From IMG/VR virus record IMGVR_UViG_3300025000_000061, positions 87,783 through 151,782 of that record: a stretch of DNA of 64,000 nt. One strand, 5' to 3'. The stretch comes from a virus. Position 1 is the first letter of the stretch. Every line of letters starts with the position of its first letter. Under the pieces are notes generated by a model that was not told the DNA's origin, made no database searches, and saw only the letters and a program-made list of their open reading frames with translations. Both the position numbers and the translations under genes were made by a program. Positions 1-9,289 of this stretch are shown piece after piece.

Positions 1-41
1 CAAAAGATATTATTGGTAAAGAATTAACTGCTCCTGTATGG

Positions 42-311
42 TTGTATGAATTAGCAGAACAACATGTGCAAAGTAGAATAAAAAGCAACGATATTGAAAA
101 TGTCGAAGATTTTGAAGTTAATTTTTGGAATGAATTGCCTGATGACAAAAATACAATATTGGGTAGAAGTTTTAATAATTTATTTGAGAGTTATATTTAT
201 CATAAAACAATCAAAATTAAAGGAAAATCAGTAAAAGTTGATTGGCAACATGAAATAGTTGGTTATTTGCATAATAGACATGCAGAAATTACATTTAATA
301 CAATCAAATAG
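42..311 (+). CDS. Hypothetical protein (probably 5'-truncated by the window edge)
   Basis: ORF track; frame is open upstream. Confidence 0.6.
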   Translation: MYELAEQHVQSRIKSNDIENVEDFEVNFWNELPDDKNTILGRSFNNLFESYIYHKTIKIKGKSVKVDWQHEIVGYLHNRHAEITFNTIK

Positions 312-405
312 TTTAAAATATGTTAAATTTGGTTTATCACGTTTTTTATCGATCAAATATTCAATTTAACTCACTTATACTTCCATTTGCTATGTAGTAT
401 AAATG

Positions 406-583
406 TCATAATAAAATAACGGTTTTGTCACAATATAGGTAAAATTACGCAATATCGTAATGTATCTGATTTTACCCATAATAATGTCAGCAAACCCTTA
501 TAATACAAGGGTTAGAGAGCATTTTTATACTTAAAATAAAAGTATAAAATAAATATTGTGACAAAAGAAAGATTTTGTTCAAA
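406..583. repeat. Structured intergenic element bounded by two 11-6-11 palindromes
   Basis: 14-bp perfect IR 423-436/553-566; internal hairpins 438-476, 493-513, 523-549. Confidence 0.75.
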
Positions 584-607
584 CTTTAAAGGAAAAAGGA
601 GGAAATT

Positions 608-1150
608 ATGAACAAAGAATACATAAAGTTTTTAAATTTTAGAACAGAATTAATTGAATTATTAGATAAGTATAGATACCAAATATCAGGTACAAATCTT
701 GATGATGGCTCAATGAATATAGAAAATAAAAATGGTATTGCTTATATATTAAGAGATTCTTATTCAGATTACGAAGCATTGGATTTTGACTGGAATATAT
801 TATCTACAGATTATATATTAAATATGTTCCCAGAAGATAATAATTCGCCTATTAAAAATAACAATATTGGTATATTTACTAATAATTATGATAAAGTTTC
901 TATGTTATTTGATGATCTATATAATCAAAATAAAGAAAATGTAAAGAGATTCAGAAAGAGCAAAGAAGAAATAAATTTATTATTAGAAGATGATAGATAT
1001 TTTGTTTGGATTAAACCGATAGATAATTCAAGAGGTCATAGATGTTCAAAAGTTGTTTATATTGATAGGAATTTAACATTAAATGAGTTACAATATAATG
1101 TTATGCCTATTTGTTGTTATTGTAAAAGAGAAGATGTAAAGGTGTTTTAA
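608..1150 (+). CDS. Hypothetical protein
   Basis: 180-aa ORF with AGGAGG RBS. Confidence 0.8.
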   Translation: MNKEYIKFLNFRTELIELLDKYRYQISGTNLDDGSMNIENKNGIAYILRDSYSDYEALDFDWNILSTDYILNMFPEDNNSPIKNNNIGIFTNNYDKVSMLFDDLYNQNKENVKRFRKSKEEINLLLEDDRYFVWIKPIDNSRGHRCSKVVYIDRNLTLNELQYNVMPICCYCKREDVKVF

Positions 1151-1183
1151 ATAAATATAAATAAAAATAAGGAGGAAAATAGT

Positions 1184-1345
1184 ATGGTAATGAAACCTGA
1201 AGAATTTGATAGTTTATATTTATCATTTTTAAATGGTAATGAATTAACTAGAGAGGAAGTTAAAAATTTGTTTGATACTTTTGGAGAATTAATAAATGAG
1301 TATAAACGATTATTGGAAGAATTTAATAAAACCGTAGGAGGGTAA
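1184..1345 (+). CDS. Small hypothetical protein (53 aa, not in ORF track)
   Basis: AAGGAGG RBS, ATG 1184, TAA 1343-1345. Confidence 0.7.
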   Translation: MVMKPEEFDSLYLSFLNGNELTREEVKNLFDTFGELINEYKRLLEEFNKTVGG

Positions 1346-1346
1346 T

Positions 1347-1922
1347 ATGAAAAGAATTGATGTAATGACTGATATTGAAACATTAGGTAAAGATTCTGAT
1401 TCTACAATATTTCAAATATCTGCAATAGCTTTTAATATTGAAAGTGGAGAATACATAGATAAATTTAATATGATTGCTGATATTGAAAAGAATAAAATAA
1501 TAAATGTATCAGGTAGCACAATAAAATGGTGGTTAAATACCGATAAAGAATTATTAACAAAACTACTTAATAATGGAGAATATTCAAGTGAAGAAATACT
1601 TAAACAATTTCATATATGGTTAAATTCATTAAGTGAAGATATGAAGAATGTTTATTTATGGGGTAATGGTATTCTATTTGATAATAAGATGTTACAATGT
1701 CAAATGAAAAATATCAATTTAGATTATCCTATATTTTATAGGAATGATAGAGATATGAGAACATTAGTAGAATTAGCAAGTCATAAGGTAGGGATTCAAA
1801 CAGAAAAGGAATTTAGAGATAAATATAAAAATCCAGATTTAATTGCTCATGATGCTTTTGATGATGTCAAGGGACAAATTGATATTGTTATTAAATGCCA
1901 TAATATATTGATGAAAGGATAA
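1347..1922 (+). CDS. DEDDh 3'-5' exonuclease/exoribonuclease (Rv2179c/ExoVIII-like)
   Basis: DIETLG, WGNG..FD, H.A..D motifs. Confidence 0.85.
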   Translation: MKRIDVMTDIETLGKDSDSTIFQISAIAFNIESGEYIDKFNMIADIEKNKIINVSGSTIKWWLNTDKELLTKLLNNGEYSSEEILKQFHIWLNSLSEDMKNVYLWGNGILFDNKMLQCQMKNINLDYPIFYRNDRDMRTLVELASHKVGIQTEKEFRDKYKNPDLIAHDAFDDVKGQIDIVIKCHNILMKG

Positions 1923-1929
1923 TATAATT

Positions 1930-2151
1930 ATGAACAATTATAAACTTATGGAAGAATATATTCAATGGAGAAAAGATACTGGTAAATTTAGACATGAATT
2001 AAGAGATATAATTGTAAATGATAATGGTGTAATTAAAACAGAGAAGAAGATGGCATGTGTTATAAATACTTCACCTGAAGATTGGAAAGAGTTTTGTGAA
2101 GATAGAGATATAGAATATGAAGGTGAAATGAAATTGTTGGCAATGTGTTAG
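1930..2151 (+). CDS. Hypothetical protein
   Basis: ORF with RBS. Confidence 0.65.
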   Translation: MNNYKLMEEYIQWRKDTGKFRHELRDIIVNDNGVIKTEKKMACVINTSPEDWKEFCEDRDIEYEGEMKLLAMC

Positions 2152-2164
2152 TATGTAGAAAATC

Positions 2165-2233
2165 TTGACAAATTATCAATAGTAATTACTATATGTAGTA
2201 TTAAAAATATATAAAAATACTACATATAGTAAT
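2165..2233 (+). promoter_or_regulatory. SigA-type promoter overlapped by two NrdR-box-like palindromes
   Basis: TTGACA 2165-2170, TACTAT 2187-2192; boxes at 2186-2201 and 2217-2232, 31 bp apart. Confidence 0.55.
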
Positions 2234-2237
2234 AATA

Positions 2238-2265
2238 TCATGATCAAATTCCTCTTTTATATTAA
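2238..2265. repeat. 11-6-11 palindromic site
   Basis: TCATGATCAAA TTCCTC TTTTATATTAA. Confidence 0.6.
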
Positions 2266-2280
2266 CTTGAAAGGAGAATT

Positions 2281-2562
2281 ATGAAAAAATTATTAATCAT
2301 TTCTTTACTAACTACTTTTTTATTAACTGGGTGTGGTATGTCTAATAGTAATAATACAAAACAAATGGCATATTTTAAAGATACAGGTGTTGTTATAAAA
2401 GATTCAATGGATAGAGAATACCATATAATTAAAGACCCAAATGATTATTTGTATTTTCGTACTGATGTAGTATATTATAGTATTTCGCCTGTATTAGATA
2501 AAGATGGTAAATATACAAAAGATATAAATACAATTAAAGAGATGTACAGAATAGAAAAATAA
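2281..2562 (+). CDS. Putative lipoprotein
   Basis: MKK + hydrophobic stretch + LLTGC lipobox. Confidence 0.75.
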   Translation: MKKLLIISLLTTFLLTGCGMSNSNNTKQMAYFKDTGVVIKDSMDREYHIIKDPNDYLYFRTDVVYYSISPVLDKDGKYTKDINTIKEMYRIEK

Positions 2563-2580
2563 AAAGGAGAAAAAATACAT

Positions 2581-2913
2581 ATGATAACTCAATTACCATG
2601 TGGCTGTTCAACTATACCTATCAATAAATTTGCTAAAGTTAAAGAAATATTATTAGCAGGAAAAGCAATTATAACTGATAATCCAAATTATGAAGAATCA
2701 GAAATAGTTATGTTCCAATTAAAAGATGGAAATGTATTTTCAGTAGTTATGTTTTCAGATGATACTCAAGGAACTGTTAATTTTGATATGAAAAAAGCAT
2801 TAAATGTTTGTAAAGAATTATGGGATGATGGTTATGATTTTTGCTATGGAGAGCATATGAATTTTGTTATTGGTGAAGAAAGTAAAGATAAGAAAGATGA
2901 AAATAATAGTTGA
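2581..2913 (+). CDS. Hypothetical protein
   Basis: ORF with AAGGAG RBS. Confidence 0.7.
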   Translation: MITQLPCGCSTIPINKFAKVKEILLAGKAIITDNPNYEESEIVMFQLKDGNVFSVVMFSDDTQGTVNFDMKKALNVCKELWDDGYDFCYGEHMNFVIGEESKDKKDENNS

Positions 2914-2932
2914 CAGAATGATAAAATAATAG

Positions 2933-2961
2933 TTGACAGATTGTAAATAAAAATGTATAAT
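2933..2961 (+). promoter_or_regulatory. SigA-type promoter of the ligase-macro-PARP operon
   Basis: TTGACA-17-TATAAT. Confidence 0.8.
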
Positions 2962-2990
2962 ATGATTAAATTAAAAAAGGAGGTTATAAT

Positions 2991-4319
2991 TTGCAAGAAA
3001 TATTAAGTATTGTTAATCAATTAGCAAGTACATCTAGTCGTTTAGAAAAAGAATCTATTTTAAAGAGAAATCAAGATAATCAATTATTCAAAGACATTCT
3101 TACATTCGTTTATAATACTTTAGAAGTAAAAACAGGTATTAAACGTAAAAAACTTGAGAAGAAAGTAAAATCTAAACCAACAGTAACTATGAATAATTTT
3201 TATGATTTAAGAGATTATTTATCTAATCATAATACTGGTTCAGATGAAATAATTGCAAATATTCAACAATTTTTATCTCAGCAAGAAGATAATATAAAAG
3301 AATTATATATTCAAATTATTCTTCAAGACCTACGTTGTGGTTTAAAAGAAAAAACTATTAATAGTGCCTTTGGATATGAATTTATTTATATCCATAAATT
3401 AGAGAAAGGAGAAGTAGCAGAAGAAAAACATCTTAAATGGCTTAAAAGTAAAGAATTTGGTATATATAGAAAGTTAGATGGGTATAGAAGTGAAATTGAA
3501 GTAGGTAATAATAAGGTTAAGATAATGTCCTCTGGTGGTGAAATATATAAAGAATTAGTCGATATTGAAAAAGTATTATCTGAAACTGATTTACCACATG
3601 GAGTATTTGTTTGCGAATTATTAGCAGTAGATGATAATAATACAATGTCTAGAATAGAAAGATTTAATAAAACTGGTTCTATTTTAAGAAAAGATGGAGA
3701 AAAGCATGGAATAGAAGTTAATATATTTAATTTTATTCCTGATGACGGATTTTATAAAGGTTATCATCCTATGACTTGTAGAGATAGAAAGAATCTAGCA
3801 AAAAAATTGATTGATAAGATTAATTCTCCTTTGATTAAAAATATTGATCCTTTCTATATTGGAAAAGATATTGCTCAAATTGATTATTGGTTTGAAAAAA
3901 TGATGGATCAAGATGATGAGGGAATTATGGTTTTGCCTTTAGATGCAAAATATTATGGTAAAAAATCATATCAACAAATGTTAAAGGTTAAGACAGAAAA
4001 AGAAGCTGATGTGGTTATAGTTGGTTTTGAAAAAGGTGAAAAAGGTAAGGAATTTGAAAATACTTTAGGTAAAATAATTGTAGATTATAAAGGTAAACCA
4101 GCAAAAGTAATGTGTGGTTATAAAGTAAAATATAATCCAGATAAATATGATAATAGGATGGTTAGAGATTATATTTGGAATCATCAAGATGAATTGATGG
4201 GTAAAATTGTTAAGGTAAGATATACAGATGAAAATGTTAATGAAAAAGGTGAATTGGATTTAAGATTATGTAGATTGATTGAGTATAGAGATGATAAGAG
4301 TGAACCGAGTTATAATTAA
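2991..4319 (+). CDS. lig: ATP-dependent DNA ligase
   Basis: KLDGYR adenylation motif, EGIMV, LKVK, C-terminal OB-like region. Confidence 0.92.
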   Translation: MQEILSIVNQLASTSSRLEKESILKRNQDNQLFKDILTFVYNTLEVKTGIKRKKLEKKVKSKPTVTMNNFYDLRDYLSNHNTGSDEIIANIQQFLSQQEDNIKELYIQIILQDLRCGLKEKTINSAFGYEFIYIHKLEKGEVAEEKHLKWLKSKEFGIYRKLDGYRSEIEVGNNKVKIMSSGGEIYKELVDIEKVLSETDLPHGVFVCELLAVDDNNTMSRIERFNKTGSILRKDGEKHGIEVNIFNFIPDDGFYKGYHPMTCRDRKNLAKKLIDKINSPLIKNIDPFYIGKDIAQIDYWFEKMMDQDDEGIMVLPLDAKYYGKKSYQQMLKVKTEKEADVVIVGFEKGEKGKEFENTLGKIIVDYKGKPAKVMCGYKVKYNPDKYDNRMVRDYIWNHQDELMGKIVKVRYTDENVNEKGELDLRLCRLIEYRDDKSEPSYN

Positions 4320-4348
4320 CAATAAATAAATTAAAAGGAGGAAATATT

Positions 4349-4768
4349 ATGATTATTAAAGAAGAACAAAGGGATTTATTTTCAGTACCACATGGTTATT
4401 ATTTTGCTCATTGTATCTCAGGAGATTTTGCATTAGGTGCAGGTATTGCAGTTAAATTTAACGAGTTATATAATATGCGTAAAAAATTAAAAGAAGTCAC
4501 AGATTTTGAATATGATAATTGTGCAATTCTTATTGATAATGTATTTAATCTTGTAACAAAACGAAGATCATTTCATAAACCTACATATGATAGTTTAAAT
4601 GAAGCATTAGTAGATATGATGGAACAAGTTAAAGAATTAGGTGTTGAAAGAATTGCTATGCCTTTTATCGGATGTGGACTAGATAAACTTTCTTGGAGTA
4701 TTGTTAAGGAAATGATTGAAGAAGTATTTGAAGATGTTGATGTTGAAATTTTAGTTTGTTATTTATAA
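4349..4768 (+). CDS. Macrodomain ADP-ribosyl hydrolase, TARG1/Poa1p/DarG-like
   Basis: AHCISGDFALGAGIA, NLVTK, GCGLD motifs. Confidence 0.9.
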   Translation: MIIKEEQRDLFSVPHGYYFAHCISGDFALGAGIAVKFNELYNMRKKLKEVTDFEYDNCAILIDNVFNLVTKRRSFHKPTYDSLNEALVDMMEQVKELGVERIAMPFIGCGLDKLSWSIVKEMIEEVFEDVDVEILVCYL

Positions 4769-4781
4769 GAGAGGTGGATAT

Positions 4782-5996
4782 ATGCAAAATCCATTATATT
4801 TAGTTAAAGTAGAACCAGGAGAAAATAATAATAAATATTACCAAATGCTGGATAACGGCGATGGAAATTTTATTTGTAAATATGGTAGAATTGGCAATTC
4901 AGGTTATCAGACAAAAACTTATCCTATATCTAAATGGGAATCTCAATATAAAAGTAAGATAAAAAAGGGTTATATAGACCAGTCAAGATTAGTTGCGGAA
5001 ACTATTGTTACTCAAAATAAGAAAAAAGAATACCTTGATATTGACAATCCATCTATAGCACAAATTGTAACAAGATTACAATCTATGGCACGACAAGCAA
5101 TTAAGGATAATTATACTATTAATTCTCAGAATGTTACGCAGGTTATGATCAACGAAGCACAGTTAATTTTAAATAATCTAATTGATGCAGATGATATTGA
5201 ATTATTTAATAAAATACTAGTTGATTTATTTAAAACTATCCCTAGAAAAATGGGTAAAGTTAAAGATTATTTAGCAAAAAGTGATAAAGATTTTAGTGAG
5301 ATTATTCAAAGAGAACAAGATTTACTTGATGTAATGAAAGGTCAAGTTGTTCAACAATCTATAGTTAAAGATGAAAATAATGAAGATGATACATATGAAA
5401 TGCCAAATCAAACAATATTAGAAGTATTAGGATTACAATTTGAAGAAATTACTCAAGATGAAAAAGAATTAATTAAGAAAAATCTTGGTGGTATTAGTGA
5501 TAAATTTTATCAAGCATGGAGAGTTATTAATATTAAGACACAAAAGAAATTTAATGAGTTTATACAGAATAATAATATAAAAGAAAATAAATTATTATGG
5601 CATGGATCAAGAAACGAGAATTGGTGGAGTATTATTAATTCAGGATTAGTTTTAAGACCATCTGCTGTAATCACAGGCAAGATGTTTGGATATGGTATTT
5701 ATTTTGCACCTAAAGCAAGAAAGTCATTTGGTTACACTTCTTATCATGGTTCATATTGGGCAGGAGGAAATTCTAATTCTGCATTTATGAGTTTATATGA
5801 TGTAGCATATGGCAAACCTTACGATGTACATTCTTTTGATAGTCAATATCATAATTTTAACTATGAGTTATTACAAAAGTATTGTAAAGATGCTAATTGT
5901 CTACATGCTCATGCTGGAAGTATGCTTAGGAATGATGAGATTATAGTTTATAAAGAAGAACAAACTACTATTAAGTATTTAGTTGAATTGAGGTAA
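4782..5996 (+). CDS. WGR-domain PARP-family ADP-ribosyltransferase
   Basis: N-terminal NNNKYY..YGRIG WGR domain; LLWHGS, GKMFGYGIYFA, KSFGY, NDEIIVY (H-Y-E triad). Confidence 0.9.
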   Translation: MQNPLYLVKVEPGENNNKYYQMLDNGDGNFICKYGRIGNSGYQTKTYPISKWESQYKSKIKKGYIDQSRLVAETIVTQNKKKEYLDIDNPSIAQIVTRLQSMARQAIKDNYTINSQNVTQVMINEAQLILNNLIDADDIELFNKILVDLFKTIPRKMGKVKDYLAKSDKDFSEIIQREQDLLDVMKGQVVQQSIVKDENNEDDTYEMPNQTILEVLGLQFEEITQDEKELIKKNLGGISDKFYQAWRVINIKTQKKFNEFIQNNNIKENKLLWHGSRNENWWSIINSGLVLRPSAVITGKMFGYGIYFAPKARKSFGYTSYHGSYWAGGNSNSAFMSLYDVAYGKPYDVHSFDSQYHNFNYELLQKYCKDANCLHAHAGSMLRNDEIIVYKEEQTTIKYLVELR

Positions 5997-6068
5997 TATG
6001 ATTGGTCGGATTGTTGAGTAAGGTATAATCAAGGGTGAAATAATAAAAATAAATAATAAAATTCACCC

Positions 6069-6097
6069 TTGACAAATATATAAAATACTAATATAAT
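6069..6097 (+). promoter_or_regulatory. SigA-type promoter of the replication operon
   Basis: TTGACA-17-TATAAT; -35 lies in an 11-bp IR (6029-6039/6062-6072). Confidence 0.8.
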
Positions 6098-6213
6098 AAT
6101 GGAGGGTTGAAGGAGGAAAGACAAAAGAAGAAGGAAAGGATTAAAAAGAAAGGAAAAGTTAAAGTAAGTAATAAGACAAAAAAATTTAAAAGAAAAGGAG
6201 AAATGATTATTTT

Positions 6214-6486
6214 ATGGTAGAAATTAAAGTCAATCCGTACAAATCAGTTGTGGTTTTAGACAGTGAAGGTGAAGAAATCACTATTTCAGAAGGAGATCAA
6301 GTACAATTCTGCCTTGATTCTGGATTAGTAAAGAAAGGGAGAATCACAAAATTACAAGGAAAGGGTGATAAATTAAAAATACAATTGTTGCCTAGTGAAA
6401 AAGAATGTGAGGAAATTTGGCCTATAGTTGTGATAAGTGATGGAAGTTTGAAGTTACAAGATGATAGTGATGAAGAAGATGAATAA
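6214..6486 (+). CDS. Hypothetical protein with acidic tail
   Basis: ORF with RBS. Confidence 0.75.
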   Translation: MVEIKVNPYKSVVVLDSEGEEITISEGDQVQFCLDSGLVKKGRITKLQGKGDKLKIQLLPSEKECEEIWPIVVISDGSLKLQDDSDEEDE

Positions 6487-6554
6487 GGGTTAAGATTTAG
6501 TTAAATTAGTAAATTAATAAAATAAAATAAATAAAATGGAGGAATATTATACAT

Positions 6555-7544
6555 ATGGCTAAAACTAAACATGGTTTACAAGAAACAGTTGGTGTCTATC
6601 AAATTAGAGGAATTGTTAATGGAACAGAGAAGGAAAAATTCTATGTAGAAAAGAAAACTAAAACTCAAAAAGATATGAGAATGATTAATTTTGGATTGGA
6701 AATAGAACCTAATAAAAATATCTATTTTAATCTCAATGGTATGGTTAAAGATGAAGTGTATTTTTCTACCAAAGATAACGAAGGTAAAACTGTTACTGAA
6801 AAAGTTAAATGGGACAAAAGAAAAACATTTAATAAAGAAAATTATAATCTCATAGGTCTTAGAATTGGTCTTGAAAAAGATAATGATGGTAAAAATATTC
6901 AAGAAACATTAGTTGAATTTGATGCCTGTGAAAAAATTAGTAAATTGCTTAATGATGATATGAGTGTTTTTACTAAAGGCAAAATTGAATTTGGTAGTTT
7001 CGATGGAAAAGACAATAAAGTTCGTACTATAAAATTTATACCTCAACAAATGTCTTTATGTTCTAAAGATATTGATTTTACAGATGAAAATTTTGAAATC
7101 AAATCTGATTTTAGTCAACAAATAGTTTTTATGGGTATTGAAAAGAAAGACGATGTTTTTATTGTTAAGGCGAAAATTATTACTTATTCATCTATTGAAG
7201 AAACGGAATTTATTATTAAGGATAAAGATTTAGCACAGTTGTTTAAACAAAAACTAAAACCTTACAATGCTATTCAGGTACATGGGCATATTGAAGTAGC
7301 TGAAAATGTTGAGGAAATAAAAGATGATGATACTTGGGGTGAAAGTGATCCAACTCAAAGAATAAATACCCCTACACGTAGAGATTTAGTTATAACTGGT
7401 GCTAAAGGTAAAACTCTTGATACAACAACTTATACTAAAGAATTAATTGAGGAAGCAATTCAAAAGTTAGAACAATCCAATAATGCACAAGGGGATTGGG
7501 GTTCTAGTAATAGTGTTACTGATGCAGAAGATGATGAATGGTAG
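6555..7544 (+). CDS. Putative ssDNA-binding protein (SPbeta YorF-like)
   Basis: Position before the AAA ATPase, beta-rich sequence, acidic DDEW C-terminus. Confidence 0.6.
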   Translation: MAKTKHGLQETVGVYQIRGIVNGTEKEKFYVEKKTKTQKDMRMINFGLEIEPNKNIYFNLNGMVKDEVYFSTKDNEGKTVTEKVKWDKRKTFNKENYNLIGLRIGLEKDNDGKNIQETLVEFDACEKISKLLNDDMSVFTKGKIEFGSFDGKDNKVRTIKFIPQQMSLCSKDIDFTDENFEIKSDFSQQIVFMGIEKKDDVFIVKAKIITYSSIEETEFIIKDKDLAQLFKQKLKPYNAIQVHGHIEVAENVEEIKDDDTWGESDPTQRINTPTRRDLVITGAKGKTLDTTTYTKELIEEAIQKLEQSNNAQGDWGSSNSVTDAEDDEW

Positions 7545-7608
7545 AAATACCATTCATAAATAAATTATTAATTAATAAAATAAAAATAAATGGAGGAATA
7601 TTATACAT

Positions 7609-8766
7609 ATGGCAACTGCAAGAAAAGGTGGCAAAGTTCAAAGTAAAATTCAAATGTTATTGTTTGGACTTCAAGGATCAGGGAAAAGTACTATTGCATC
7701 ACAATTTTTATATTTAAAACGTCCAGATGGAAAACCATTAAGAGTTTTATATTTAGATGGAGAATCTGGCTCAATTGACGATATGCTTGAAGCAATAGAA
7801 AATGATAATATAAATTTAGAAAATTTATATATTGTTTATACTCAATCATTAAAAGAAGTAAATCAATACATAGAAAAAGCAACAAAAAAAGAACCATTTT
7901 ATGAACTTGATGATAAGGGAAAAGAAGATTTTGACAAAATGATATTAGATGCAGATGGTGAACAATTTATACCAGATGCTATTGTTGTTGATGGAACGTC
8001 AGTTTTAAATTTGGCAGTAAAACAAGGTATAATTGAATTTAGTAAAAAAAGAGCAAATGTTAAAGCAGAAAGAGATAAATTACTAGGTGAAGAAAAATTC
8101 GTAAAAGTTGAAGGAGCAGGTATTGAATTAAAAGACTATAATACCATTAATTTTAAAGGACAAGATTTAGTATTAACCTTAACTGGAAGTGGATTGCATT
8201 ATATTGTTACTGCCAGAGAAGTTGATGAAAAAATATCTATTAAAGATTCTGAAGGGAAAATTACTTCTATTTCAACTGGTAAAAAGATACCAGAAGGATT
8301 TAAAGGTATGGGATATAATGTAAAAACAGAAATGAGATTGTTTAGAGAAGAAGATGATATGGAGTTAGTTAAAGCACATGTTATTAAAGACAGAACTAAA
8401 ACATATCAAAACGGTGAAATAGTAGAAGACCCTTCATTGTTTGCTTTTCAAACAGTAATTGATAAAACTAAAGATCATAAAGATGTTGTTGTGCAAAATA
8501 GATTGCATGATGCTATTAAACAAGAATTAAAAGAGACTGAAAAAGAAATATTGGGTAACGAAATTGACGAAGAAACAATTGACAAAAATAATATTGATGA
8601 TATTGAAATATTAAAAAATCAATTAATGGATAAATTAAAGTCCTTAAGTCCTAAAGAAAAGGAAACTGCTAAAGAAAAACTTAGAGTTAAGGGATTACCT
8701 ATTAGTTTTAAAAGTGTAACTAATATAGATATTATTAAAAATGCTTTGTTAGTAATGGAAGAATAG
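7609..8766 (+). CDS. AAA/RecA-like ATPase (Sak4/YorG-like recombinase)
   Basis: GLQGSGKS Walker A, LYLDGESGS, IVVDG Walker B, KDRT. Confidence 0.8.
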   Translation: MATARKGGKVQSKIQMLLFGLQGSGKSTIASQFLYLKRPDGKPLRVLYLDGESGSIDDMLEAIENDNINLENLYIVYTQSLKEVNQYIEKATKKEPFYELDDKGKEDFDKMILDADGEQFIPDAIVVDGTSVLNLAVKQGIIEFSKKRANVKAERDKLLGEEKFVKVEGAGIELKDYNTINFKGQDLVLTLTGSGLHYIVTAREVDEKISIKDSEGKITSISTGKKIPEGFKGMGYNVKTEMRLFREEDDMELVKAHVIKDRTKTYQNGEIVEDPSLFAFQTVIDKTKDHKDVVVQNRLHDAIKQELKETEKEILGNEIDEETIDKNNIDDIEILKNQLMDKLKSLSPKEKETAKEKLRVKGLPISFKSVTNIDIIKNALLVMEE

Positions 8767-8782
8767 AATAATATATAATATT

Positions 8783-8821
8783 ATATAAGCCAAGATTATT
8801 ATTTTCTTGGCTTATATTTTA
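8783..8821 (+). terminator. Hairpin/intrinsic terminator
   Basis: ATATAAGCCAAGA/TCTTGGCTTATAT followed by T-run. Confidence 0.6.
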
Positions 8822-8836
8822 ATAAAGGTGGGAATT

Positions 8837-9274
8837 ATGGCAAAAAAATTTGATAGAAAAATTTTATTTAATTATCTACAAGATAAATATGGTATTACCA
8901 AATTACCAAAACATTTCTTTATTAAAATGTCCAATATTTTTAATGGTAAATTAGATGGTTTATCAAAACCTATTTTACCTGAACATATGTATGATATGTG
9001 GATAAAAAAATCTGCTTATTTAGACAAGATTAATAATAATAATATTACTAAAGGAAAAAAAATGGATGCATATGTTAGGTTAAATTATGACTTAGCTGTA
9101 CTAATGTCTAAATATGATAATTATTTAGAATGGTTAGATAAACAAAAAGCATTATCTTCAGAAAATGAAAGTTTAAAAGAAAATGTTTCTGTTACTGATA
9201 TATTATATAAACAAAATAATAATGAAGTAATAAATAATAATAGTATAGAAGATTTATTGGATGATTTAATATAA
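8837..9274 (+). CDS. YorH-like replication-associated protein
   Basis: Synteny before the helicase; ATG 8837 with AAGGTG RBS. Confidence 0.6.
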   Translation: MAKKFDRKILFNYLQDKYGITKLPKHFFIKMSNIFNGKLDGLSKPILPEHMYDMWIKKSAYLDKINNNNITKGKKMDAYVRLNYDLAVLMSKYDNYLEWLDKQKALSSENESLKENVSVTDILYKQNNNEVINNNSIEDLLDDLI

Positions 9275-9289
9275 AGGACGTTGATATAT

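Noticed and set aside
6107-6220. Lys-rich TTG-started ORF in the purine-rich leader
   Set aside because: The start abuts the predicted TSS and SD; the composition is explained by the A/G bias.
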